Assembly: GCA_001643675.2 (NCBI GenBank)
Contig: LSRY02000005.1
Span: 744,001-808,000, forward strand
DNA length: 64,000 nucleotides
Origin: Monocercomonoides exilis PA203
Taxonomy: Eukaryota; Protista; Preaxostyla
Direction of reading: 5' to 3'
Below, piece after piece: positions 1 through 13,968 of this stretch. Below the pieces are notes generated by a model. That model made no database searches. It saw nothing but the letters and a program-made list of their open reading frames with translations, and was not told the DNA's origin. Within the stretch, counting starts at the first letter, position 1. Each line of letters opens with the position of its first letter. The position numbers and the translations under genes were made by a program.

Positions 1-2640
<2,640 letters not shown>

Positions 2641-2713
2641 TTTCACAAAATATGATCACATCCCATCAATTAGTAAGTTAAATCTCAAATACTTGAAAAA
2701 ATTGAATAAAAAA
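2641..2713. promoter_or_regulatory. Putative bidirectional promoter (73 bp between divergent ATGs) containing TATGATCACATCCCATCAA
   Basis: CDC5L ATG at 2640 (-) and pseudokinase ATG at 2714 (+); GATC at 2654-2657. Confidence 0.55.
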
Positions 2714-4072
2714 ATGATCTCCACAATGGACAACGATCCTAGGGATTGTTTGCTTTAATTAACTATGTTCAATATTTGTGAGATTATTACAATTTTCTGC
2801 TTTTTTAGATGAATATTTGGATTTAGATTGGGTAGACTCATTATCTGGATATAAACTTGCTGTTAATGTTAGAACAAAAGAAAAGTATCTTTGTAAAATA
2901 TTGTCAATATTTTCAACAGAACTGGAACACGGCAAACCAATAGAAGCTCTGAATCAAGAAAAAGTTGCTTCTTCCCATGTTCTACATTTATTTAAGATAA
3001 TGTCTGATGAGGCAAACTTTTATTTACTTATGGAGAATGCTTCAACTACACTCGAAAACCTTATTCAGCAGCGCCATAAGTTATCATTACAGTTTTCTGA
3101 AGAGGTTTGCGAAAATTGATAAGTTTATCACATAAAAATTCTTCAGGAAACTTACAAATTTTTACATGAAATTTCATCAGCACTTTCGCACTGCCAAGAA
3201 AACAAAATTGTTCACAGAAACGTCCATCCGAACAATATTTTTGTTACTAGTTCTGGATATAAATTGGGTTTGTCTAAATAGAAAATGATAAAATTTTGAT
3301 TCATTTTCTTTTTTTGAAGGAGGATTTGGAAACTCACAAGATCTGGATTCGCCAATGCAAAGCAATCTTCCATTGATGAATTTTTCAAAGTACACAAGTC
3401 CGAATGCTTCTGAAAGCAAGATGTTTGCAATACTTTTTATTCATTTCCTTTTCTTTTACACTTTTTCAAATAATTTTTATAAATTTTCTTTTCTTTCTTT
3501 TTGTTGAGCAGCGCAACAGAAGCAGATGATGTGTACAGTCTTGGAGCTATCGCTTTGGAAATGCGTTCGTTTCGCCCCTTAAAAACATTCAGCAAGCCCA
3601 AAGGAATTGAAACAACAGACGAAAAATTCCTTCCAGAGTTTCCACTTTTGTATAAGTCTTCATTGGATGAACAACTCGCTATTATGTGCGAACCAGTTTG
3701 TTTTTTTTCTTATTTCTTTTTCTTTTTGAGGAATTCGATCTTTTTTTTCCCTTTTCATCTCATTTTTGAACAATATATTTTGAAATGCACTTATGAACAT
3801 TTCTTTCCCATAAAAATAAACACATTCATTCATTTCCCTCTTCCCCTTTTCTCAGGATCCTGACAAGCGCCCCAGCGCTAAAGTTCTACAAGCAGTCATG
3901 AACATTTGTTCGCTATCAGCTCGTTTCAGTTCTCGTCTTCCTTTTCCTTCCTCTCCAAAGTGGACAGGCTCTGATGATTTTGAACATCGACGCTCGCTCA
4001 ATTCAATGGTCAGTTTGAAAGACAAGTCGCAACATTCGAACAAATCAAATGATTCGTATCATTCTCCAACAG

Positions 4073-4115
<43 letters not shown>

Positions 4116-4440
4116 TTCTTCTTCTTCTTCTTCTTCTTCTCCGGTTGCAGCATCTCCGAATTCTTCGCAAAAAAAAGATGGCCAATTCAAGTATTGGCAA
4201 CCTTCTTCTTCATATATCTCAAAATTTAAAGGAAAGTCACCTTCAACGCAATCTTCAACTCCATATTCGTCTTTAGAGAAACAACAGGCTGCTTCATCTT
4301 CTCATTCATTGTCCTCTTCCTCCAATAGATTTTCATTCACACCGAATTCAATGAAAACCAAGAGCTCCTCAGAAACTGTTGAACAGAAAAAGAAAAGCGA
4401 TAGCGAAAGCAAGTTTTATTGGAAAAGTCCGCAAGGATGA
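2714..4440 (+). CDS. Protein kinase-fold protein, probable pseudokinase (loosely NEK-like), 6 exons, Ser-rich tail
   Basis: Exons approx 2714-2747, 2809-3104, 3147-3267, 3320-3422, ~3512-3695, ~3856-4440 join in frame: YLCK, FYLLMENAS, IVHRNVHPNNIF, KLGGFG, DVYSLG, DPDKRPSA. HRD is HRN and DFG is GFG. Confidence 0.85.
4075..4140 (+). repeat. Compound microsatellite (TCA)13(TCT)9 encoding a poly-Ser tract
   Basis: Read directly from the sequence; in frame in the last pseudokinase exon. Confidence 0.95.
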
Positions 4441-5181
4441 TTAAACATTTATTGTTAAAGCATGCCAACTATCTGAGCAAAAAAGATAAAGGAAAAATTT
4501 TTTACAGGAGTTTAAAAAGAAAGAATGGAAAGCAAAGATGCAACATAATAAAACATACATCAAATAGTGAAAGATGAAAAAATAATGCATTTTAATCAGT
4601 TGAAAGCTGTTCGATTACTGCTTTGGATATCATTTAGTCAAGTTGCCATCTAAAAGCGGAACATTCTAATCGACTATTGTTGAAATATTCAATACGCACA
4701 AATTTTTTTAAAACAATTGATTTTTCACATCAGCTTCAAACATATGAAAGCAATAACAGATTTATAAAAAGAAAATAAAATTAATAGACAATGGAAAATT
4801 GAAATAATTACACTATTCAAGTTGAAGTGCACTTTTACCCACACAAAAAACAAAATGAAAAAAATTTTATTGCGACACATCAAAAAATTAACTCTTCTTG
4901 AAGAAATAATCATTCATTTCACATTCACGTTTTAATTGTTTCTTTTATGTAACTGAATAATTTTATTTGATATTATGCTTTTATATAGAAATATCATCTT
5001 GGAAATAATCAACACATTATCAAAAACAAAATCTTTCAAATCACTCAAAAAGAAATTTCCATTTTCAAATGTCATTCATTTTGTAAATAAAAATTCAATA
5101 TCAAGAATGCATTTTCCCTTTGAAACAAAGTATTATCCACAGAATTTTTCGTGAGAAAGATCTAAATTACCCACATTTCTT

Positions 5182-8100
5182 ATGTTATGCCAAAAAAACA
5201 ATTTTTCTCGTAAAAATCGTTCAAATTCATTTTTCATTCATCTCTCTGAATCACTTTATGTCCTTCACCAACAATTGGGGCTTTCTCCATCGGATGTGCT
5301 TCACAGACAGCATTTTTTATCGTATTTAGAATCAATATTTAAAAGGAAACTTCAGATGAAAGGCTTGCTTAAGATCCCATTTGGAATGATCTCAGGAGTA
5401 TCAGGCATAAATCAACAAATGCGTCCACCAGTCTTTCAAACATTTCAATGCCATTTATTTGGATCATCAATGACTCAACTTGGTTCTGTTTTGTGTGATT
5501 GCGACGTCTTTATTGAAGGTGGGCTGTCCTTTGAGGATCAAAGAAGAGATATAAAAGGGTGGTTACGCGGAATTCAAGAAAGGGAATCCATTTTGAAGGA
5601 AATGGTGATAAAAATGAGAAGAGAAGAGATTGAAAAAATGAAAAATGAAGAAAAGAAGAGAAACGAAGATAAAAATAACGATAAGAGGACTTTAAAAAAT
5701 GATGATGCAACTCAATTAAGCGAAAAGGAAAAAGATAAGATTGCTGAAAAATTTCAAATCAATAGTAATAAAGAAATTAATGAAAAATATACTTTGGATA
5801 CTTCTTCACAAAAGAGCACTGCAATATTTGAAGAAGAATATATTGCTCTTGATGGAGATTCTCGACAGTCGTTTCGCCAACCTACCAACAAAGGAAGTTC
5901 TTTCTTATCTTCAACACTCTCTCATCTTCTTACTGCACACTCATCTTCTCCGACACCTTCTTCTCATCATTTTTCGCCTCCTACTTCGCCTCAATCTCTT
6001 TTGCAGAAGTTGCGAACAAAACAAATGACACAATTGAAAATACAATCTTCTCAATCTATCGAACATGATTCAAAGGAATTAGCTTCTTCGGATTGCATTC
6101 CTCAGCCACTGATGTTAGATAACAACACACAATCTCCCCCAATTTCATCTCCATTAACAGACAAGTTTTTTGAAGCAAAAGCAGAAAACAATGAATTTGA
6201 TGAAGGGTTTATTCCACTGCTCGGTGAGTCTGACTCTTTGCAGCAATTTCAGAAGAAGTCAAATGATTCATTTTCTCCAGAGGATGACAAGTCGAAGCAG
6301 TCACAAATGCCATTCTCTTTACAAGCACAGAACTTAACTCCACAGACTCAGAAATCTATCGAAGCTTCTTCCCCAACGCAGTCACCATCATTCTCCCCTC
6401 TTGTGCGTGTGCCTTCAACCAACACACTCGCCCAGCCCATCCCTCTCTACATCCAGTCAGAATCGTCTGTATCCACACCTCTTCTGACACCTCAATCACC
6501 TTCTTCTCTCTCTGCTTCTCCTTCTCCTTCGCCTTCTCTCTCTCATTCTGAGTTCGACACACCGTCTGCGACGCCTTCGTCTGTTGATGAAGCCACTTCA
6601 GCCATTCCATCATATGCATTTCATTCACCTCCTCCTTTGGACCGTGCAGATAACAGCTCACTTGCCCTCAGCACTTCACCAGTTGCAACTTCTGCTTATT
6701 CTACTTCTCTTTCATCATCATCATCATCATCATCTTCTTCTTCTTCAATTAATTCACTTACAAGCGATACAAACAATGCATCACCTGCCAACAGAGTTCC
6801 TAACAAATCATCTTCTCTGTCTTTATCTCAAACACATCAAGTCCCTTCTCTGAACCCATCTGTCACATCGTCTGATCCTATTTCATCTTCTCAAGTTGCA
6901 TTTCCCCATAATTCTCTGGCTCAACAACTTTATATCATCAAACATCCACCAACAGCATCAGCATCAGCATCAATGTCAACCTTAGTGAGTAAACCATCTG
7001 AAACAGTCGCAACTGATAACTCATCTTCTGTTGCACGCTATATGTGCATCTCTCAACAGAACGAGAATTCCACTCTTTCCAATGAAACATCTTCAGCAAG
7101 TGTGAACACAGCAATTTCATTGCCATCTCCATCACCATCGCTCTCATCATCACCAACAGACACACCTTCTCATTTGCCAAACATCAATTCGAGCGAAACG
7201 CAAACACAATCTCTATCTCAATCACAAATGTCAACTTCTTCACAAAACAATCAACAGCTTCTTCAACAACAGCATTCTCAGCTCGAAACTTCTGCCTCTT
7301 CTTGGAGTCAGTCTCAACCGTCTCCTTTCCCTTCCTCTTCTCTTTCTTCTCCAACCACTTCTCCAAAGGCACCTTCATATCAGGCCAACAAACCCCCACT
7401 CACTTACATCCCTCCACAGCACAACCAGATCCAAAGCCAAAGCCAAAGTCAAACTCAAACACCTCCAAAAAGCTTCTCATTCAACCAGCCTTCTGTCATC
7501 AGCGCCTTCCCCACCCCTGTCTCAATCGGACAAGGATTATCCAAAAAAGCACCTTCACTCCAAAAAAGCCCAGCTCCTGCTCTTCCTTCACCCTTCGCTT
7601 CTTCAGTTCCCCCTTCTTCTTCTTCTTTCTCTTCCTCTTCCTCCTCCTCCTCTGTCTCATCCACTGCAGTCCACTTCCGAAAGACATACGACCACCATCT
7701 GTCTATCAAAGCGCTGAAGATGATGCGCTCTTCTCTCCCCAGCGTCGTCTACCGCCACCGCAGCTGGGTGAAGAAAGTGGAGCTGATACCAGCACGAGTG
7801 CCTATCTTGAGGTTTACTCCACCTCCGCCGTATTCGTCAGACACGACGATGGAGACGCTGAATAAGGACATGAGTGAAGGGTATGATGGATATGAGGGGA
7901 GTGGAGAGGATTATGATGATTATGAAGGATACGATGGGTATGATGAGAAGCCGCTGAATCAACAACAACGACGACAGCAATTGCAGCTGCAGATGCAGCA
8001 GTCAAACAGAGGCAGAGGCGCTGAGAAAGACAGAAGAGCTGCCAAAGGCACACGGATGCGCTTGTATGAGATCCAGCTTCCGTCGTCACCAGAGTTTCGT

Positions 8101-11100
8101 CTGCTGAAGCTGATTGTGAAAGGAGACGTGGTGCCTTCTTCGCAGCTTCTGAAGCAGACATCAGCGCATCAGCTGAGAGGGCGCATTCTTCCTCCTTCAA
8201 TCAGCCAGTGCGACATCAACGTGTCTTCACCCGACGGCCTCTCTTCTTCTGCTGCCATCATCCTCTGCATCAACGACGTCGCTCGCTTGCTCGCGCAGAT
8301 GGTGCCCGTGGAGTCAGTTTATTTGGGCGGCTCTTTCGCTGCTTCTTCTATATCTTCTTCTTCTGCTTCAACTTCTTCTTCTTCTTCTTTGTCTGCTTCT
8401 TCCTCTTTAACTTCCTCTTCCTCTTCTAATCCAACCGGCACATCATCACCACAACCCTTACCTGTCAATCTTCTCCCTTCACTCAATCTGTCATATGCTC
8501 TCTCCAATCCCTCGCGTAACATCTCTTCTTCTCCCACAATTGTGCATATCTTTCTGTTTGCACTGAAGCTGTGGCTGAAAGAAAGAGGCATCGGAAACGC
8601 ACAGTTTGGCTATCCTTCTTCGTATTACGTGTCGATCATGGGGCTTGCTTACATCCGCATTTGGATGCGAATGAAGAGGAGGAGCGAGACTTTTATTGCT
8701 CGAAGGCAGGAGATGGCATCAAATTCTGATGGGAATGGAAGTGAAAGAGGAGGAGAGAACAAAACAAAACAAAAAGAGGAGAAAAACGAGGAGAAAAAGG
8801 AAGAGAAGAAGGAGAAAGGGATTGGGCCATCGTTGCTGGGAAGGCTGCTGTATGGGTTTTTTGCATATTTTGGGTGTATTTATGACTATTTTGACAAGAG
8901 GAATGAGATCGATGCGAGAGAAGAGGAAGTGGTGATGGCTGAGAAGAGAGTGAGGGAGGAGGCAAAGAAAGTGAATGACAATCATCTGATCTTTGACTCT
9001 GAAGATGAAGATGAAGATGATGAAGACAATGAAGAAGATTATGAGGAGGAGGAAGAAGAAGATGAAGAAGACAGCAATGAAGAAGCAGATTCCGATAATA
9101 CCAATGGTAACAACAAAGACACATCAGAAGAATTGTTAGTGAGAAAGAAAAAAAGAAGCGAAACAGAAAGAAGGCGGAGCAACATCAAAGAAAGCGACGA
9201 GGTGTCGTTCAGTTTGGTTACACGGAGCAGCCAAGACTCAATTTTTGGTGCGAAACGAATGCCAATCTCAGACGAAAGTGCAGATGAAGCTGAAGCCAAA
9301 GGAATGAACATGCACAAAAATGAAAGAGGAGCAGGAGAGGAAGAGGAGGAAGTGGATGAAATTGATGCATTTGTGGATTCGCTTTCTAAGCAGTATCCTT
9401 CGATTCTGCCGAAGACGAAGCCAAATGGAGAGCCGAAGAGTCCGTTGCTTCCACAGCCATCTTCACAAACAAAACTTACTGAAACTTCAACAGCAAATGA
9501 TCAGAAGACTTTAGGAAATGTGTCTTCTTCATCATCAAAAAAACGGTATTCAAAAAAGAAAGCATCAAACACAACATCATCGCCATCATCCACATCTTAT
9601 TCCTATCTTGCTTCTGCATCATATCCATTCACATCCATTTCATCCTCTTTATTCTCTCTTTCATCATCCTCTTTTTCTTCCTCCTCCTCCTCTTATTCTT
9701 CATACAAGCGCAAGACCAAAAATTCCTCCACACACCTGCTGTTCCCCATCCTCAACATTGTCAGCATCGACAGCGGAGAAACGCTGAGGCCGATAACAGG
9801 AGAGCAACTGTGCACGTTTGTGGCTGAGTGCAGAAGAGCCGAACATCTTCTGTCGCAGGAGGAGCTGTACGAGGACGAGTGGCTGACAGAAGAGCAGATA
9901 CACGTGGTGCTGGAGATGAAGGACGAGGAGGAGATGCAGAAAATGAGGAAGAAGGGAGGAGGAGGAGGTGGTGGTGGGATGAAGAAGAACGGAGAAGGGA
10001 AGATGTTTGACAGAGAGGGTTCGTATGAAGACGAATGGGGAGAAGACGAGGTGGATGAGTATGGACTGAAAGGCGGGTGGATTGACAGGGCAATCAAAAG
10101 AGAGGAGAAAATGAAGAAGCTGAAGAAGAGAGGGAACTTGGTGCAGTGGAAGGAGAAGATGGAGATGCTCAATGATGAAAGGAAGAAGAGGATGTGGAGG
10201 AGGATTCTGGGGCTGCCAGAAAACGATGAAATGGATGAGGAAGAAGATGAAGAAGACAACACAGATCAAACAGCTAGTTCAGCTTCTTCTTCTGCTTCTT
10301 CTTCCGCTTCTTCATCTGCTTCAAACAAAAAGGACGGAAAAGGAACCAAAGGCAATTCCAATCTCAGTGCGAAAGAGGAAAAACAATGGGAGATGCTGAA
10401 GCAGCTGAAGTTTGTGGATGATCCACAGTTTCCTTCGCATCGCGTACCTTCTTCCCCAACTCATTCGAATTCCTCTCTGTCTTCTTCATCCACTCAGAAC
10501 TTGGATGTGCTGGAGAACATTCCATCAGAATGGACTAACGTCAAAACATCGCAGCTGCTTGAGATTCTTGTCTTCAACACACAAGTCACCCCTGATTCAG
10601 GTGCATCTCATCTGTCAGCCACTGAAAAGTTACTGACAGCGTCAAAACAAACCCCACAAACAATTAAAACTGATTTCTATGGAAGCAACCCGCAAACACA
10701 GAACTTGTCGTACTTGTACTCGCGCTTATCTGCTTCTCGTTCTTCGAATGCTCAATCGGCATCACAATCAGCATCTTCTTCTGCTCTGAGACAATCATCT
10801 GCTTCTGATATGTCATCACCAGCCAGCATTTCCTCAGACGCCAGCGACAGTTCTCCATCTGAGTCTTCCTTTTCATCTTCTCCTCGCTTGTCTGACACTG
10901 CCGATAGTGACGTTGTTGAGATGTCTTCTTCATTCCCGAAGAAGAAAGCGCTGGAGGCGAAAGAGGTTATTCTCATGCAGCGGCTGATGGAGAAGAAGAG
11001 GCAGCATCAGCAGCAACTGAGGCTCCAACAGCAGACACAGGCAGAGCTGAGGAGGAGGATGAATCTCCAACGAAGCCAAGCGAATGAGGTTGAATGGGAA

Positions 11101-12777
11101 GAGATCAGTGGAAGTGATGAAGAGAGTGCAGGAGAAGGAAGCGAGGAAGGAGCAGAAGGAGCAGCGAAAGAGGAAAGCAATGAAGAATTCGGAGCTGATG
11201 AAGATTCACACAGTCTTATTACAATCTCATCGAGCAGTGAAAGTGATATGCTTGACGAAGAGGAGGAAGGGAAAGAAGGAGAAGAAGATCAACAGAGCGA
11301 GTACATGCCAGATGAAAGCAATGAGGATGAGATGGATGACATTGATGATGTCAATGACGATGATTTCATTGCCAAAAAGGAAGCATACAAAACGAGGAAC
11401 AGAGAAAGGAAAAACAGAAAGAAGCTGAAACGGATGCATTCATCTTTTGAAAAGGAAGAAGAAGAAGATGACGATGATGAATCAAGCAATATCAGTTTGA
11501 CAGAATATTTGGGCGAATCTGAATCAGAAGACAGCCAGTCAATTCCACGTGGAATCAAAAAGAGAAAGCAAAATAACAAATTAAGCGATGATGAATTGGA
11601 AGATAATGACAATGACCTGTTTGAAAGGACAACATCAAAAGCTCATGGAAAGAAAGGAAAGAAGGAAAAGTCATTCGGAAATGAGAAGCAGAAGGAGCAA
11701 AAGAAATGGAAAGGGTTTGGGAAGAAAGGGGAAGATGAAATTGTCAATGACTTTATTGACGAAGAAGATAGCATTGAATTGGGAGCGGACCTTCCTGACT
11801 ATCAGGAAAGTTCTGATGAAGCCAACGAGTTCTCGTCAAACAGCACTGAAATATCAGAAAACGACTTCATTCCGCTGGAAAAGAAAGATGATAACAGCGT
11901 TTTCAACAGAGAACTGACACCTAAAAAGAAAAACATTATGAAGTTCATGGCTCAAAAGGCGACAGAAAGATCACGAAAGAGATGGCAGAAAAACAAAGAG
12001 TTTACAAAAAGCCCGAAAAAAGCTCAATTTTCGGGGAAAGGAAAAGATACGAAGAACGTATTTGTTCCGAAAAATGCTCAAATAACACAATATTTCCCTT
12101 GGCAGAGAGCTCAAAATGTTTCACAATTGAAAGGAAACGACAACATTTCATCGAAAGTTGACGGTCAAACGAATAGCTTTGATGAAACTTCAAGTGGCTC
12201 GTTTGTCAAAGGAAGAGGAGGTTCATATTGGCAAAGAGGATGGAATAGCGAGAGAGGGGGAGGAGGAAGAGGAAGAGGAGGAAGAGGAGGAAGTATGGGC
12301 AGAGGAAGTGAAAGAGGAGGAAGTATAAGCAGAGGAGGAGGAGGAATGGGAAGAGGCGGAGATGTCGTGGGAAGAGGAGGAGGAAGTGTCGGAAGAGGAA
12401 GCGAAAGAGGGGGAAGCAGAGGAAGAGGAGGAAGAGGAGGACAATGGAGAGGGAGTTACGGAAACAAAGTTGGGCAGAGCGAAGGAAAAGGAACAACAGG
12501 AGAAAGCGGAGAGGCCATTCCCAAAAAGAAAAAATGGGCAAAACGCAAAGCAAAAAATGCACAAAAAGCGAGTGGAGACAGCAGCAAAAAAGAAGAAGCA
12601 CCAAAAAACACAAATTTTGCGACTAAAAGCGAAGCGCAGAAGATGAATGCCAACCAAACATTGAGTGATAAACAGAAAGCGGAGAAAAAACTGAAGAAGC
12701 GTATGCAGAAGATGGAGAAACGAATAGCCAGAATGAAAAAAAGAATGCAAATGTTGAAAAAAATGAAGAAGTCTTGA
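5182..12777 (+). CDS. Non-canonical poly(A)/poly(U) polymerase (Trf4/Cid1/TENT-type Pol-beta nucleotidyltransferase), 2531 aa, single ORF with very large low-complexity inserts and a C-terminal RGG region
   Basis: LFGSSMTQLGSVLCDCDVFI (GS + DxD), IPARVPILRF, QCDINVS (third Asp), LKLWLKERGIGNAQFGYPSSYYVSIM, LGRLLYGFFAYFG (PAP-associated domain). Confidence 0.85.
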   Translation: MLCQKNNFSRKNRSNSFFIHLSESLYVLHQQLGLSPSDVLHRQHFLSYLESIFKRKLQMKGLLKIPFGMISGVSGINQQMRPPVFQTFQCHLFGSSMTQLGSVLCDCDVFIEGGLSFEDQRRDIKGWLRGIQERESILKEMVIKMRREEIEKMKNEEKKRNEDKNNDKRTLKNDDATQLSEKEKDKIAEKFQINSNKEINEKYTLDTSSQKSTAIFEEEYIALDGDSRQSFRQPTNKGSSFLSSTLSHLLTAHSSSPTPSSHHFSPPTSPQSLLQKLRTKQMTQLKIQSSQSIEHDSKELASSDCIPQPLMLDNNTQSPPISSPLTDKFFEAKAENNEFDEGFIPLLGESDSLQQFQKKSNDSFSPEDDKSKQSQMPFSLQAQNLTPQTQKSIEASSPTQSPSFSPLVRVPSTNTLAQPIPLYIQSESSVSTPLLTPQSPSSLSASPSPSPSLSHSEFDTPSATPSSVDEATSAIPSYAFHSPPPLDRADNSSLALSTSPVATSAYSTSLSSSSSSSSSSSSINSLTSDTNNASPANRVPNKSSSLSLSQTHQVPSLNPSVTSSDPISSSQVAFPHNSLAQQLYIIKHPPTASASASMSTLVSKPSETVATDNSSSVARYMCISQQNENSTLSNETSSASVNTAISLPSPSPSLSSSPTDTPSHLPNINSSETQTQSLSQSQMSTSSQNNQQLLQQQHSQLETSASSWSQSQPSPFPSSSLSSPTTSPKAPSYQANKPPLTYIPPQHNQIQSQSQSQTQTPPKSFSFNQPSVISAFPTPVSIGQGLSKKAPSLQKSPAPALPSPFASSVPPSSSSFSSSSSSSSVSSTAVHFRKTYDHHLSIKALKMMRSSLPSVVYRHRSWVKKVELIPARVPILRFTPPPPYSSDTTMETLNKDMSEGYDGYEGSGEDYDDYEGYDGYDEKPLNQQQRRQQLQLQMQQSNRGRGAEKDRRAAKGTRMRLYEIQLPSSPEFRLLKLIVKGDVVPSSQLLKQTSAHQLRGRILPPSISQCDINVSSPDGLSSSAAIILCINDVARLLAQMVPVESVYLGGSFAASSISSSSASTSSSSSLSASSSLTSSSSSNPTGTSSPQPLPVNLLPSLNLSYALSNPSRNISSSPTIVHIFLFALKLWLKERGIGNAQFGYPSSYYVSIMGLAYIRIWMRMKRRSETFIARRQEMASNSDGNGSERGGENKTKQKEEKNEEKKEEKKEKGIGPSLLGRLLYGFFAYFGCIYDYFDKRNEIDAREEEVVMAEKRVREEAKKVNDNHLIFDSEDEDEDDEDNEEDYEEEEEEDEEDSNEEADSDNTNGNNKDTSEELLVRKKKRSETERRRSNIKESDEVSFSLVTRSSQDSIFGAKRMPISDESADEAEAKGMNMHKNERGAGEEEEEVDEIDAFVDSLSKQYPSILPKTKPNGEPKSPLLPQPSSQTKLTETSTANDQKTLGNVSSSSSKKRYSKKKASNTTSSPSSTSYSYLASASYPFTSISSSLFSLSSSSFSSSSSSYSSYKRKTKNSSTHLLFPILNIVSIDSGETLRPITGEQLCTFVAECRRAEHLLSQEELYEDEWLTEEQIHVVLEMKDEEEMQKMRKKGGGGGGGGMKKNGEGKMFDREGSYEDEWGEDEVDEYGLKGGWIDRAIKREEKMKKLKKRGNLVQWKEKMEMLNDERKKRMWRRILGLPENDEMDEEEDEEDNTDQTASSASSSASSSASSSASNKKDGKGTKGNSNLSAKEEKQWEMLKQLKFVDDPQFPSHRVPSSPTHSNSSLSSSSTQNLDVLENIPSEWTNVKTSQLLEILVFNTQVTPDSGASHLSATEKLLTASKQTPQTIKTDFYGSNPQTQNLSYLYSRLSASRSSNAQSASQSASSSALRQSSASDMSSPASISSDASDSSPSESSFSSSPRLSDTADSDVVEMSSSFPKKKALEAKEVILMQRLMEKKRQHQQQLRLQQQTQAELRRRMNLQRSQANEVEWEEISGSDEESAGEGSEEGAEGAAKEESNEEFGADEDSHSLITISSSSESDMLDEEEEGKEGEEDQQSEYMPDESNEDEMDDIDDVNDDDFIAKKEAYKTRNRERKNRKKLKRMHSSFEKEEEEDDDDESSNISLTEYLGESESEDSQSIPRGIKKRKQNNKLSDDELEDNDNDLFERTTSKAHGKKGKKEKSFGNEKQKEQKKWKGFGKKGEDEIVNDFIDEEDSIELGADLPDYQESSDEANEFSSNSTEISENDFIPLEKKDDNSVFNRELTPKKKNIMKFMAQKATERSRKRWQKNKEFTKSPKKAQFSGKGKDTKNVFVPKNAQITQYFPWQRAQNVSQLKGNDNISSKVDGQTNSFDETSSGSFVKGRGGSYWQRGWNSERGGGGRGRGGRGGSMGRGSERGGSISRGGGGMGRGGDVVGRGGGSVGRGSERGGSRGRGGRGGQWRGSYGNKVGQSEGKGTTGESGEAIPKKKKWAKRKAKNAQKASGDSSKKEEAPKNTNFATKSEAQKMNANQTLSDKQKAEKKLKKRMQKMEKRIARMKKRMQMLKKMKKS
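12208..12452 (+). repeat. RGG/RG-box coding repeat (GGA/AGA-rich)
   Basis: Translates GRGGSYWQRG...RGGGGRGRGGRGGSMGRGSERGG...RGRGGRGGQWRG. Confidence 0.85.
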
Positions 12778-13968
12778 AAAAGAAAGAAAAAAAAAGCAAG
12801 AAAATAACAGATTCTATTTATTTTTTTCATAAATATGATTAATTCTTTCTTATCAGGTTTTGCGGCTGGCTCGCACCTGGATGACGAAAGGTTTGCCAAT
12901 ATACACACTTCACATGACTGCTTTTTTTAAGTATTTAAAAATTTCACTTCACGTAAAAGCTCATCAAAGAGCGACTCACAAATATAATGATGTATTCAAA
13001 ACTGATTTCTCATTTTCGATTTGTGTTCTGACTACGTGGCCTGTTTTTATCAGGATTATTTAAATGTGATAAAACAATAATTTGTTTAAAAAATAAAAAG
13101 ACAATAATAGAAATAAAAAAATAAACATGTAACAAAGAAAATTGTTTATTTTTGTGGAATAAAAATTTAAAAAACAATATTAAAACATAAAAAAAACATG
13201 AAAAGTGAATCAAAAGTGTTTTAAAAAAAAAAAAGAAAAATGAATGTAAGAACTTAAAAATAAAAAACCAGTACAACAGAATTGTTAAAGTTGTTCTAGT
13301 TAACATACAAACAAAACAGAAGTGCAAGAGCCATTACATGCAAATTGGTGTTTGATAAGGCGAAGTACGTTAAAAGCTCTTACAAGAAGTCACAACAACC
13401 AAATATCATCAACATATAAAGAAATCGAATAATGCCATTCATAGCTCCTGAAAGTATGGTTGAAAGCTCATAAACACACAGAAATGATTATTAAAAAAAC
13501 AACAAAATTTGAAAAGCCAAAGAAATAAAGAAATAAAAAATAATATAACAGCCTCACTTTGATTTAAAACAATCTCAATAAATAATAATAATAATAATAA
13601 AATATCACCACCAAATGACAATGCGCCGAGAGTGGCCAAAAAAGAAGATTTTTTTTTTCACAAAAATAAAAATAAAACTCACCTTCAAAACACCTCAATA
13701 CATATACTGGCATAACTAATTGGTAACTTCCTTACAGGGAATTGAAGATTTCAACAGAAAGTTACGCAAATAGAAAAACCCATTCAGACATTGAAACAAA
13801 ACATTTATGTACAAATGAAGAAATGACAACAAATAGAACGAAACTGAAAAATAGCATAAAGACATATGCTTTTGTAAGAAGAAGATTAATTGGAAAAAAA
13901 AAAATGAAATGATAGGAACGAAATAATATGACAAATAGAATTATTAATAAAATTTCTCAAAATCTTCG

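Noticed and set aside
4049-4276. Poly-His/poly-Leu ORF
   Set aside because: Alternative frame of the (TCA)n(TCT)n poly-Ser tract.
12850-12925. GC-rich hairpin followed by CTGGATGACGAAAG in a 3' flank (hammerhead- or SECIS-like look)
   Set aside because: Lacks the CUGAUGA core with proper stems and a convincing SECIS helix; no selenoprotein-type in-frame TGA upstream.
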